NCBI RefSeq assembly: GCF_036321535.1
Contig: NC_087437.1
Location: 108,006,001 to 108,070,000 of the forward strand
Direction: 5' to 3'
DNA from: Camelus dromedarius
Taxonomy: Eukaryota
Length of the DNA stretch: 64,000 nt
Notes under the pieces: generated by a model
Told to the model about the DNA's origin: nothing
Seen by the model: the letters and a program-made list of their open reading frames with translations, nothing else
The model's database searches: none
Shown: positions 39,590-53,194 of the stretch, piece by piece
Position numbering within the stretch: the stretch's first letter is position 1
Layout of the letters: every line of letters begins with the position of its first letter
Made by a program: the position numbers and the translations under genes

Positions 39590-40290
39590 TCTTACCATCT
39601 CTATATCAGTTCTGAACTAGATTACTTCCAAATTATTTTATCCTATCCTTATCCATGCCATTCTCTACATTGTATCCAAGAATCTTTCTGAAATGTAAAC
39701 CCCACCACTAACCCTTTCCCAACCTTCTCTTCATGCAGTGTGCACTGCCACCTCCTGTACACACACACACACACACACACACAGAGTGTTCTTAACTTTT
39801 TAAAATATTCTATGTAGTACATGAAGAACTTGTCCCAGATTTTCTTTCCAGTCTTACTTTATTACCACTACCCTAAATTTAGCTGGGGTTCTAATGCTGT
39901 GAGATACTCATAGCTTCTCAAACTTAGCACCTGCACTCTCTTTTCCAGATCTTTGCAAAGGTTTCTTGCATGAGTTTCTCTTTTCTATAGAACACATTGC
40001 ATCATTTTGCCTTTTCTCATACTTTTTCACCTTCCACTTCTTTCCTTTTCCTGAGTAGAAACGACTATACACTAAAGATTTGCTTGATTCCTCTCTCTTA
40101 TTATCAATTCTCTAATCTTTCTTTTTAATTCCATAGAAGCTACAGACACCTCTACAAAAACACCCAATGTTAACAATTTACTTTTTGGTACATCCTAAAT
40201 ATCTAAGACCTAGTAGAGTAATTTATTCATCATCCTAGTGATTCTCTAGACAGAAAGTGGTTGAATGGATAAATATGTGACTGAATGATT
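39590..40290 (+). mobile_element. L2 3' fragment with (CA)n at 39759-39783
   Basis: ccattctctacattgtatccaagaatctttctgaaatgtaaacc; ends in a tgaatg-type tail. Confidence 0.6.
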
Positions 40291-41574
40291 ATTTTTGTGT
40301 ATCCATATTGAACTACATATTAAAACAAAAGAAATACAATTTTAATATCAAAATAATATTTATTTTATCATATTAATAACATTATTACTGTAGCTAGATT
40401 TTATCTTAAATTGAAACATTTCAAAATGGATTTTTTCAAATTCTATCCCTCAGCAGAAAGCATGCAAAATTTTTCCAGCTTTATTATGAGTTCACATGTT
40501 CAAAAAAACTTTCCATAAATTATCCTTTCTAACTAGACTACTTGTTTACATAGTAGTATAGTAGTTTCCTCTTAAGGAAAGTATAAAAATTACATATAGC
40601 TGTTAACAAATTAATAAGATTTTTGGTGTTAACAGCATTTGCAGGGTCCTCAGTGATCATTGCTGAGTTTCTTCAAATAGTAATCAAAAAGTCTACATCA
40701 TTCAAGTCACTCTTGTCAGAGGCAGTAAAGTAAATCATTCTGTATGATTATTACCAAATTCCTTCCATTTCATTTAGTTACTTTACTGTCAGAAACAACT
40801 TGTCAAAACACAGAAATAGATGCTGACACAACACTTTTTATCTGTAGACTTGTAAGTTTTATAAACTGACATATCTGCTTTATCATTTTAGATTAATAAA
40901 ATTTAGCAATCAGTTTATGTCTAAAAACAGTAACATTTATTGTTTTTAAAAACAATAGTATTTCTTATTTCTAAAAAAGTGTGTTTATTATTTCTAGAAT
41001 AACCTGTTCAGCATGTTTCATGTTTAAAATATGAGATTTCTGTGAAGATATTAAGCTAAGTGGAACTATTGTTTAGAGAGAGATGGAGAGTAAACATTAA
41101 AAAGGAGGTAGAGGTATTAACAGGAATCAGGAAAGGCTGCAAATGGTGAGAATTGGTGATGTTCCTCAGAGGATCTTGATAGGGCATTCAAGGGCCTGCT
41201 GATAAAAAAAAAAAATTCATTCAAAACTAAAATCCCCTGCCATGGCTGCTGGCAAAGACTTGAGCAGGTCTATTCCAGAACAAGATGGCATCAATCTTTA
41301 CGTCTGGCCAAAATAATGAGCATAGTCTAGACAGACATTAGTTTAAAAAATAGGTCCCACAACTAAGCCAAGTTTCATCAAAGTTGATGACTTCATTTAA
41401 ATTTGGCTCTTAAATATGCCCTCGAAAATGAAAGAAAATATTCAGTATATTAAAAAATATAATGGGTTTGAATTGGTGCAGCATTTCCTAAGAGTTGGTA
41501 CGTGCCCACAGAGAAGACTAACAAATCAGATCTTTCCGGAACTGAAATCCCTCTAAAGCCCAAAGAAGGGAATC

Positions 41575-41756
41575 TTAAATGACTCTTGAACTACAGTTGG
41601 AATGAGATGATCAAGTATTCAGCAGACAAAATTAGGATGAGAGAGGTGAAGGGAGACGGAACAGGTGTAACTCATCATCTTGTGATAGATTAAGTTTTGA
41701 TTAAATTATAATAAGAAAACTATACTGTATTAATTTGGAGTTCCTTTCCTTTCTCT
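41575..41756 (+). repeat. Copy 1 of an ancient ~185-bp direct duplication
   Basis: Aligns by eye to 42630-42810. Confidence 0.7.
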
Positions 41757-42239
41757 TACATCTTTATTAGGAATTTGATTTTGAAAAAGTTATCTACAGC
41801 TTGCTCTTAGGTGTTAGGGAGTCACTGTGGCCAGAAGTTGTAGGGGCCAAATTAATTCTCATTCCTGATGCCAGATAAACGTGTAAACTAAACAAGGCAG
41901 GTATAAATGCTGTAAATAAGAAACAGATCTAGGAGTGGCTGGTGATCCCTTCCTGCTTGTTATTCACCTATTATAATTTAGGTCAATCAGATAGGATAAT
42001 ATATGTTATTCACACGCACTATACATCAAGCTACAATGAATAGATCTATGAGTATCTGACTATTCTCTTAATTTTGTCTTTAATATTAATTTCTCCAAAT
42101 ACATTTTTCTTACTCTTGAGACACACTCTGTGCCAGCCATGGTATTGGTCACACAAGTAAGCCTTCAACAATTATCTGTGGAATGAATAACAAAGTGGTA
42201 CGAATTGTGTCAATTACATATCAGTCAACAGCATACTCA

Positions 42240-43098
42240 CTTTCATTAGTATTGGTATCCTAATGATAGGCATTTCAAATTCCATGTGTCCAAAGCTGAT
42301 CCTAATTTTTTTTACCATAATATTATCCTCTTGCAGCCTTTCACATCTCAATCATCAACAACTGTATCCTTCCAAACCCTCTACCTTCAAAAAACTTATT
42401 CCTGGATCCAGTCCTTTTCACCACCTCCACTGTTACCACCTTGGTCCAAGTCTCCATCATCCCTCACTTAAATTATTGCCATGGTTTCTTGGTTGGCCTT
42501 TGCTTTCACTCTGTGCCACCTACTCTTGGCATAGCCATCCAGAGTGATCTTCAAAAAAATCCAAGTCAGCTCATGACTTTCCTCTCTTCTAAGCCATCAC
42601 TGGCTGCCTTACAATGGCCTTCTATTCCCTAAGTGATTTACTCTTGAGCTAGAAGACTGAATGGCATTATCAAATATCCATCAAGTGAAGTTAAGATGAG
42701 AGACATGAAAAAAGGGAGGGTGCTCTGTAATTCAACTGCTCTTGATATAATTAGATTTTGATTAAAATAAGAGAAAATTGTACTCTGTTAACTTGGCTTC
42801 CTTTTCTCTTTCTGCTCAGTCTATCTCTTACTACCCCCACTTTTGCTCACTCCTCCAAAGACACACTGACTTGTGCACCATAGTTTATCCATGCCTGTAT
42901 ACTTCCAACCCAGGCCTTTGAGTCTTCTGTTTCCTTTATTTCTGCAAACTTCCTCCCCACAATTATCCATATGGCTCATTCCCTTCTTTCTTTCAGGACT
43001 TGAGAGGGTTTCTCTAATTGACTAAGTTTTGTGCATAAGTGTTCCTCATCCTGCTTTACTACTGCTTCATTTTTTTATCATACTTATCACCGCCATAT

Positions 43099-43150
<52 letters not shown>

Positions 43151-43325
43151 CATATAATACTTATGTACTTTACTATGTGTCTCTTCCAACCTTCCCCATA
43201 GAAAATAAACTACATAAGTTCAGGGATGGTTGCTGATTTTGTTAGCTACAATATCCCCAGAACCTAAAACAATGCCTGACATGTACAGGTGCTCAATGAA
43301 TATTTGTTGAATGAATGAGTGAACA
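42240..43325 (+). mobile_element. L2a 3' end, interrupted at ~42630-42810; contains (TG)22 at 43103-43146
   Basis: taggcatttcaaattccatgtgtccaaagc...ccagagtgatcttcaaaa...acaatgcctgacatgtacaggtgctcaatgaatatttgttgaatgaatga. Confidence 0.88.
42630..42810 (+). repeat. Copy 2 of the ancient ~185-bp direct duplication (inside L2a)
   Basis: Aligns by eye to 41575-41756. Confidence 0.7.
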
Positions 43326-44289
43326 TTAAGAAAGTCTATCATTGCTCATTCCATTGCTACATATAAGGCAATAATAATCCCTTTGGTTTGCCCAAAAAAG
43401 CTTCAGCAGGGCTTCCCAGGGAGGCACTCGAGGATTCCAGACTGACTAACAGAATTGTTTCCTTAACATTTCCTCCTGTCTCCTCATTTTTTCTCCTCTT
43501 TTTCCTTCCTCCTCCCTGTCTTCCCTCCTAATGAAATGACTTGCTTAAAGTCTCCCAAAACTAAATCAAAAGTTGTTCAGGTAGCTAGTGTCTTCTACTA
43601 TCCTGGAACTTCACTTATATTGCAAGATATTTCTTTCACACTACATTTAATGAAATATTTACCCTAAATATCCAAAAAGTCATCTTCAGTATGAACATTT
43701 TCTGCTTTGAAGTACACGTGAATGGCTAGACTCCAGCCATTTGAAAAAAATAAATAAATGAAAGACAAAACACATTGGACAATCAGAAAAACTGGTTTGC
43801 TGAGTAATTTCAACAACACACAGTTTTCATATTTTGTTCTACTATATTTAAAAAAATTATAATATAGTAAAAGCCTGTTTTGATGCTTAATTATGTCATG
43901 GATTTAGTTATGCTGCCCACCACATCATATCTCTGATGTGTGTTAGTATATAACACATTTCTTAATGGCAAACATAATTTTCCTAATCTAGACATTTATA
44001 TATTGAGTATGTCACTGGGAAGTTCCCCTACCTGTGGCTCTTTTCAACATTGGGGAAACATTGTCTGTACCTTGAGGATTTTATGTTATTTCTATTATTT
44101 TCTCTCACCATACGTCTCAGGAAAGAGAAATGTTAAGGGACTATCTTAGCTGCTGAGTGTTTTAAGAAGAGGATGGTATATGGAGGTGCATATACTTAAG
44201 AACTGTGAATTACTTCAAGAATCCACTGCAGAGTAGGTAAAATTTAAGATTTACTGCAATTTCAACCATTGTAAAAAATACCCCCAATG

Positions 44290-44475
44290 AATAATAATGA
44301 TGATAATGATGATAGTAAACAATAAGAGTAATAATAATAATGGTGAATAGTAATTGATGACATTAAATAAACACTACTATGTGCCACTGATCTAAGTGTT
44401 TTACTTGCAATAACTCATTACAGGAATAATTCTTTGGAGGAAACTGAATCCTAGAAGAAAAGTTACCAAATCTGA
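44290..44475 (-). mobile_element. MIR SINE with expanded (AAT/GAT)n tail
   Basis: aacactactatgtgcca...ctaagtgttttacttgcaataactcatt...gaggaaactgaatcctagaag. Confidence 0.75.
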
Positions 44476-44719
44476 AAATTTCTAAAGATCCATTGTGCTC
44501 ATTTTGAGTAAGGGGACACCCGTGTTTTTTGTCTTCATCTTCACCAACCAACAAAAGGGACAGTAGTAAATCAGGACAAAAGATTTGTTGATTTATTTGG
44601 CTTACACAGAAATTGAGGCCTGAAAACAGAAATTAGGAGGCAACGAGGGGAGAGAGAGCAAGAGAATGGGTATCTCAGGCATGCAGATATCTGATGGAAT
44701 ATATAACTGGGATAGCTGA

Positions 44720-44950
44720 CAACTGTTGAATCAATTACTCCTATATGTCAGGCACTGTGTACAGGCATGATTTCATTTAATCTATACAACACCATGCGAG
44801 GTGGGCATAAGATTGTCTTCTTTATAATAGCGAGAAAAGGGAGCAGTTAAATATCTTGACCACAGCCACAAAGCTATGTAATACGCAGTGAAACTGCTCA
44901 CCTAACCTTAGCAACCTGACTCTAAAATTCTGCTCTTTGCTCATAATATA
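44720..44950 (-). mobile_element. MIR SINE
   Basis: tatgtcaggcactgtgt...tttcatttaatctatacaacaccatgcgaggtggg...cctgactctaaa. Confidence 0.8.
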
Positions 44951-46467
44951 CATTGAGAATTTTGAACCTTTTCACTTGAAATATTTCTGTTCTTTATGTG
45001 TTTCCCCAGGGTGCTGAGCAGTAAAAGTTTACAGTGCAAAGAGACTGGGTGGCTTTCCTTAGGGGCAACTAAAAAGTGTTGGGGTAGTTACTGCTTCTAT
45101 TCCACAGTCTGACTGTGGAGAGGGCCACAATGAAGTATCAGCCAGCTGATGACTGCACAAAAGAAGAGGGAAACTCGGATGATACTCCTAATTTAGGGGG
45201 AAAACAAAGAAATAAGCAAGAAGAAAAAGAGAAAGTTTGCTTAAGCCTAAAGACTCTGTCCATTATATAACAGTGATAGCAATAATACCTAATGGAAGTC
45301 CACACCGTGTTTTTTTATCTCTTTTGTTGAAATAGCAAAATATTTTATATTTCTAGTAGTATTTATTACTTGCACTTGAAAATATTGCTTAGGTCATCTG
45401 TAGGAGAATTAAAGCCATGACATAAATCCAATCTCTTCCTTGTAGCCATGTGGGAACCTGTATATTTCAATTTCTTTTATCGTCACCAGTGCAAAATACA
45501 GATACATACTCACCCGCTTTCTTAACTTTAGTGAAGAGGGAAGAAAGATAAGAATGGATTGCAGTTCAAACATTTACAATTCTCTCATGACCTTAAACAA
45601 GTCATGAACTCAAATTCCACCAGTACCAGTTACACTCCAGTAAATATTATTTGGAAAAAAATGTGTAATAACATTTATTTGTGAATATTTCAGAATAATC
45701 AACTTAGGCTGAAGACCACGGGTATGTTGCAGACTCAATTATTTTCTATTAAACCACTGGTGAGTTGTTTTGCCCTGGCCATTAGCTACTATGTTGTGTT
45801 TGAATTCAAGTCCTGGAACCACTTCAATGTAGATATTACCTTACAAGTGGGTCATTTAACACATAAGTAATTTTCTCAAATGGGAACCACTCATATTCTC
45901 TTTAGTAACAAATCACTATATTGAGGATGTAAAATATGATAAAAGCATTTTGAGTCCATTTTTTCCCAATGGAAACAAACAACAATTTGTTCTAACATTG
46001 CTGTGACTTTATATTTATGAATCATAATATGAAGGAATGAATTTTTGGCCTGCCTGCTACAGTTTTGCCTTTTTTTCCAACCCAGAATTATAGGGGACCT
46101 GTAAGGCAATTAAGAATATTGCATGGAACATTCAGGTAGAGCACTGGAATTTTAAAACCATTTAAAGGCATTTTTTGGAGTAGCAATATACTGTAATATA
46201 CCTTTTAAACTCTACACATACTTTACAATCTTTCATGGAAAATTCCCAAGTTAACACGATAAGGTAAAGCTCTGCTTTCTTTGGAGAATATTTTTGGGAA
46301 AAATAACTCAGTTTGATTTTCATGGAAAAAAATAACTAAATAGTAGTATTGCTGTTTAAATTTTGTCACATTTCTTTTTGTGGGTATTTTGAAGTAAATG
46401 AATAGGTTTATGTAAACATTATGATTTGGCTTCTCCTGAATGTTAGAAAGAAGTAGTGTGTAACTAG

Positions 46468-46489
46468 TGACGTACGTGGGCTTTACGTG
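46468..46489. promoter_or_regulatory. Candidate CRE half-site plus two HRE cores (TGACG-TACGTG-n5-TACGTG)
   Basis: Motif match only: gtgacgtacgtgggctttacgtga. Confidence 0.25.
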
Positions 46490-49400
46490 AAGAGATTTTG
46501 CCATTTTTCAAGCCAGCTTTTGTATCAACAAATGGAACACAGATCTCCAGTCTTAACCTTGGAGAGAAATCTCCTATAATACTTAAATGGATTCTTTGTA
46601 TTTTAAGTTTGTTGATCAGAGTATTTTGTATGCTACCAAAATGTTAATTTTATTATGTATTCAAGTTAATTAAATAAGTGATGGTTATCTAGAGTAGCCA
46701 TAGAGGACAGAATTGTCATTATGAGCAGATACAGAGGTCTATAAATGAGAATGGAGGGAAATAGCTGAGCAAGTCATTCTGCCTTCCTGTGAAATCGCAG
46801 TTATGTTGCATGTATGTGCCAAGTGATCCGAAGTCTATGAATGATCTACATTTAAAACTTTGAATACTATTACATGTAGACAGCACCTAAAAGATGGAAA
46901 ATATTTAATAGAGCTTCTTATGTTACAGTTAGAAACCATTCTTTCATCAAATTTAGTTTTAATTTTCCACTAGGCTTCCACCTAAATATATTAGTCTCTT
47001 CTTAACTTTCTGTATAATTCTTTAGTCTTTAAGTACTTAATCTTGGGGTGATATTAGTCTTCCATTTCTATTTGTTTACTGATACAATTTCAGTTACCTT
47101 CCAAGCCCACTGGGAACTTTTCTACAGACTCTTGAAATACACTCCGAATTGCTTTCACAGTTGATTATCTTGAGTTGGCCACGTAAGAAAGAGTTACTGT
47201 CTACAGAACAGCTCATTCCGAGGGTGAGCTACTAACACGAGTCTGTTTGAGAGTCCCTTTTTGTGCATTCACACTGAAACTCTCAAGCAATGATGTCAGC
47301 ATTACCCTAAAGATTTAAAAAAAGAAAAGGGCAGGTGGAAAATCCAGACAGGGTTTATTCCATGAGATGTTCAGACATTCTTAAAAAAGAATAGTTCTGT
47401 TTGGAGAAGGCAACAAAGTAGAACTCCAAAATCCATCTCATAAGGGTCGTTGGCCCAGGCACTACTGATAATGAGATGAAATGCCCCAGATCATGTAAAA
47501 TAACCATCAGAAGGAAATACATGTAGCTAGAAAGGAAGGAAACTTCTAGTGGCTCTCTACAAGATTGACCGGATGCTTGCTTCTGTGTGCTTTTCTTCCT
47601 TTATCTCTAGAGTAAATGCAGAAGTCACTGCTGAAATGTTTGAGTGAGAAATGAGAATGACCATTTCACGGCAAATATTCCCAACCAGTCTGTCATCTGG
47701 AAAACAGCTGGGAATGCTTCTTGACATCTTGCTTTGCAGGACAGCAATAATCTCTCACCACCTGTCAGTTCCCAAACGTCTCATCATCTACCACTGGCAA
47801 TCAACAGCTAGTGACTTTATGACATCACTTCTGCCTGCCAGGAGTGTGACCCTTCGAGCTGTCCTGCTGCTTAGATAGTGGATTTATTGACTGAAATGAA
47901 TTTCTACAGATACTGTCCACACAAGCTCAGTGGAGATGAGAATTAAAACTACACAGGCTGAAAATTAAAAGCACAAAAGGACATAAGGATCATCTTTACC
48001 TCGGGGGCTTAAATATCTATGTTCTTCTGTACCAGGAGAAAACACTTAACTTGTAAAATAAAAAAATCATGTAAAAAATATAATAACCCTAACCCACTGA
48101 GTTAGATAAAGAACAGCAAGTAAAACCAAGAAATTTCAAATGATGCGTTGTGAATTTAGCCAAACCTGTATTATACTAAAGAAGATGAAGCAAATAGAGG
48201 TGAAAATCAAATTGCTAGTCATGTTTTTCCCCTAGGAAGGCATGATCAATAAATAATTGAGCTTTGAACACAATAACACATTGGTGAATGAGGAAAATAA
48301 AAGTCATGACTTTAGGTGGTGGTCCTGACAGGCATTCTTCCTCCTCACTCCTGGAATTATTCATGCCTCATGATTCACGGAGGCCCACCTATGAGTGAAT
48401 AGTGGCATAATGATGAGGCAGTTACACGTGTATATTTTGAATCCCTTCACTTTCTTTTATCCGTCCCAAGTAGTAATCTCCATTATCCAACTAGCTCTAA
48501 AATTCACATTGCAACTGCTCATTCAGTTTAATGAAAGATGATCAAAGAATTATCCTCATAGCTTTAAAAAATTATCATATAGCCTTTATGGTCAAGGGGT
48601 AAATACACTATAGATTATACCTGAATAATATAAAAATTATGTTACTAAGGTGGGAAATAGTTCAAACAAAATTAGACATAAATAAGAGAACTGTTTACAT
48701 CTAATATTTATCAGTACAGTACGAATGACGAGCAACAAAAGCTTATTGACAAATCAGCTTTCTCATTATATTTGGAAAAAAATTTGATAATTACACATGA
48801 AATTTCACAAGAACAGGCTTCCTTCCAATTCAAAAAAAGTGAGACAGTTTTAAATTTCTCATTAAATTTTGAGATTCATTACTGATAGGTAGAGAGTAAC
48901 CATAAATATCAACAAATTACAAAAAGAATGTTTCATTGTGTGAAAATTTGTTGTGTGCATGTGTTATAAAGCAAACGTGTTTCTCCTGAAGTATATTTAG
49001 TGCACAAGCAAACAGGCACCAGGATAGCTTATGTATAAGCATATGATACGTGTCACAGTGAAAATTATATGGCTAGAAATGTTCTCTGACTTTTCGCAAA
49101 TTGAAGTTAGCCAAGATCAAACTTCAAACCTAAACTTTAATCTCACAGCCATGTCCAAGATTCTGTGTACACATGAGGACACACACTCATATGAATCCAG
49201 CCTAGGCCTCCTGACTTGAACTTGCAATCTTGCAGAGACCAAGAGTGCTGGAATGTGTGTATAAATTTGTGCACCCATCCACGTGTTTGTGTATGCATGC
49301 ATGTGTGTATGCATATTTATTAGTATTTTTTCTCATTGTTCTTCTGCTCCTGACCACTCATTCTGCTACAAGAGAGGCAGGCTAACAAGGAAAGCACACA

Positions 49401-51105
49401 TCCTACCTCACTGGTACGTTTGGGAACCAGTGTCACTGCTCTCTGGGGTGTCAATTCCAAATATTGGCTATTTATCCCCTGGGCTGCCTTGATAAGCTCA
49501 CTGGCCTTCATTCCCCACTGAGCGCTGTCATCCTGCAAGCCTCTGAGGCAAGCATTGCCCTCAGCAGCCACCTCCTCCCCCTCATCTTCTACTCTGTGGA
49601 TACAACACCATGTCGTCCCTCGTCTGTATTTGTTTGGTCCTGCCCAGCATCTGCGTTGAGTCAGGTTCGTCAGTGGCAGCTTTCCCCTGACCATCCACAC
49701 ATTCCAGAGCCTAAGCCCTGCCTGAACTGAAAGTCCTATTCAGATATTACCTGAAAAAGCAGACACTAGTGTCTATGGGATCCTTAGAGTCAGTTCTCCA
49801 AAGCATCTTCTCACTATGGTCTTCCAAGCATTCTCTTACGCGTTCTTCATACCAGACTTGGATTAGAAAGTACCAAGCAGCCATGTCTTTTTTTCCCTGT
49901 CTGTTAGGCAGATAACTCTTCTCAAGAAAGCAGTATTTATACACTCTTGGAAAATCTAGTGTATTCTAGTGCATCTGTATAAAATATATACATAGTAATC
50001 AGCAATATCAACAATGTTTCAGTTTTCCTGAGGGTGGAGATAATGGATAAAGTCCATTTGAATCACCCATTAGATAGAAAGAAAAATAAACATATCAGTT
50101 CACACACACATACACACAGTTAAACACTATGTGAACTAAAGATATTTCGTGCTCATGACTTGAACATTGTATACCATTTATGTCACAGAAGTTTTTATGT
50201 CAAATGTTGATTTACATGCTTTGTTCATAATAGAAAGAATAAATGGAAAATAAGCTGACATTTTAAAATTGCCATCTCCTTTTTTCCTTTCCTGCCCTTA
50301 CTACCCACTACCATGCACACAGTAAAGAAAAGACAAAGAGAGCTAAATCAATTAGGACTGAGCATTAAGTAGAGAAGAGGCAGGTTCGTCCTGGCCAAGT
50401 CTGAGGTCGTTTTGAGTTAATTAAACACAAGCTATTTCTAAAGCAAAGAGTACATGTCTAGCCTTTGAAAATATTATTTCTGATTTTTTTCAGCATGATA
50501 TTTCTGTTGCCCATTTCCCCATTAGAGGCTAAAATAGTTAGGCAGATCAAAATATAGAAACAGTTGGAAAAAAAACCCCAAGACAATTGCTCCAAAGAGG
50601 TTGCCATCTTCCCTGGAAGTTTCCAGTGACCTGAGATATTCTCACTGCAGCATGAAGGACACACAGACCCACGGTATCATTTATTCTGTTTGTCTTTCCA
50701 TCCTCATTTTCCAGCCTGTTTCATACAGCAACTATTCAAACGTTTTTTGGATGCTTTCATTAGCTATGGCTTCCAAAAGTTTGGTTAAAATAGTAAGCGA
50801 GCTGAGCAAGCAACATGTGTCCTTTTTGTTTTATTGGGCACACCGTTCATTTACTGTCCCTCCCCCACTTTATTCTCGCAGCACCAGAACGGAGCCTTCT
50901 CTGGATGGGTATCTGGCTGTCTGGCCAGCAGCCATTTCATTCAGGCGACACATCTGTGCCCCTGGCATCTAAAGTCCTGCCTTTATGTCAGGGCATCAAG
51001 GGATATTTCTGCCGAAACTCTAAGAGTCGTTTCTTTTATTTCTGTTCTTTTCTTTCTCCTCTTTTTCTTTTTTCTTTTCTTTTTTTTAATTCCTGAGGGC
51101 AGTAT

Positions 51106-51761
51106 TGTTAGAGTAAGCAGATAGCTAGATATGAGCAGAGAAAGGAGGACACAGGCCAAGTGGCAGAAATTGGGCAGAAAGGTGGAGCACTGGCCAAATA
51201 CAGAAAATCCTGTATCATGCAAACAATGGGCATCTCTGGGCAGAGAAAGAAAAGCGGGAACCTCTGGGCTGATAGGCATTCACACATTTTAGGGTGACAA
51301 GTGGCCTAAAGGCTGACAAAGAAAGGTGGGGAAAAGTAGGAGTCTCTAGTGTCTGAATGTAACCTTTTGCTCATTATGCCTTCATATCAATAAAATTAGC
51401 CTTGCAGATGAGAAGTACCCATCACGCACTGACACCATGGCACTTCTGATCTAGACTAAATAAGGACAAAAATCCCTCCTCCCATTGGGAAGGTGGAGTT
51501 GGGATGAAAATCAGGAAATACGACCCCAGACCCTTTCCTCTTCAATGAATACTCCTCCCATTCATTTTTACACCCTAGTAACCAACTTGCCAAAGAAACA
51601 GCGCAGCTGCTCACCTGCGCCTGCCCGCGCTCCCCTTGAGAGTGTGCTATCTTATCCCTTAATAAATCCCCACTTTACTTCCTTCACCTCTGTGTCTTGT
51701 CTCTGAATTCTCTCTGGGTTGGGGCAAAAACCTGGAACACTGGCTACATCTACCAGCAACA
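51106..51761 (+). mobile_element. ERV1-type solo LTR (MER50-like)
   Basis: tgttagagtaagcagatagctagatatgagcag...ccagcaaca termini, TSD gtat/atat, AATAAA at 51661. Confidence 0.85.
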
Positions 51762-51799
51762 ATATGAGCTACACGTAGAGCTGACACTACTAGAAAATA

Positions 51800-51976
51800 C
51801 ATCAGCGAGAGTTGATTTCAGGTTGATTTTAATTCATCTCCTGGATCCATCACTGACTGACTCTATGAGTTTGGAAAAGTTACTTAAATCCTCTCAGCTC
51901 CTAATCTACAAAGTGAGCGTTATTATAGGACTGTGTGAGGAGCAGATAAATGGCTATAAATATTAGTATTACTATT
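51800..51976 (+). mobile_element. MIR SINE
   Basis: tttggaaaagttacttaaatcctctcagctcctaatctacaaagtg...aaatattagtattactatt. Confidence 0.7.
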
Positions 51977-53194
51977 AGGTCAGGTGGCCTCTGATCTATG
52001 GCTAACCAAGATGCAAGGGGCATGAACTAAAGAGATTCAATTAATTATTTCAAGGCTGTCTTTCTGCTAAATTGGCCCCTTCTCTTTGTAAAGCATCAGT
52101 TAGTATCATTACAATGAGCTTTTAAAGGCCAAGGAAGAACAATGATGCCTTTTAAAGGCTCCATTAAAACAACAACAGAAAAATTATGACATCCATAACA
52201 GTGCTGGGTTAATATTTTAATCTATAAATCAACATTTCAGAGCTCTTAACTCTCTAAGGGATAGAGATTGTTCATGCTTATCTTCAGAGGTTTAGAATTC
52301 AATAGCTTCTAATCTGTGCTCTTAACCTGGAAAATGTTATCCTATTTAAGGCCCACATGGAAAGGTACTATTAGGACATACCAGTGATAGTTTATACGCA
52401 AAAGTCAGTCCCTTTTCAAATGTCATTTCCATTAGTATCTCATATCAGAATTACAAGTGAAATGAACACACTGTAACCTGGTATTTTAAAAGGTTATGTT
52501 GAAGGAGTCGAGAGGCTTAAATTAATTTTCCCTGTTCTTATCCAGTAGGCCTTCACCTCAATAGGATTTCCTATAATTCTATCTTAATCCATGTCTCTGC
52601 AGATGAACAAGACCACAACATAGAAGAGCTTGCCAAAGTGGCTCCCTGCCAGCAGTCCCTTCTACCTTTTAAGAGAGACTTCAGCTTAATGATTGTACAG
52701 TGATCCAAATCAATCAAGAAAGCAGAGAGCAGACTTGTATGTTATTATGGTTATTATGCTCTGCAAAGATCTATTTGTTTAGTCATGCACAAACATTGCC
52801 TTAAAATGGTCAGAAGGTTAGCGCATCAATCATTTACTAGATCTATTAAATTCTTAAAATTAATGTCGAGGATAAATCTTTCAAGGAATTTTTCTCCATA
52901 AGCAATATTGATGTGATACGTGGAGGAACTGCACTACTGATTTTGTTGCTGGAGACTTGATTGAGATAGGCAGAGAAGTGGAAAATTATTTAGAAGGTCT
53001 ACTGGAATCCATAATTGCATTTTTGAGACTGTGAAGTAGCCAAAGGTTGTAAAAGTCTTTTCTAGCAATACCAGTTAAATGAAGTATAAAAGTTAAATGA
53101 AGGTAGATGTTCACTAGCTAGACATCTGTCACAGTAAATATTGTGCATAATCCAGATCACTTAAGAGGTCTGAGTTTGACTTTCAGCTTGATGG

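Noticed and set aside
45101..45119. Perfect palindrome tccacagtc-t-gactgtgga
   Set aside because: A single 9-bp-arm palindrome is plausible by chance in 64 kb and has no supporting context
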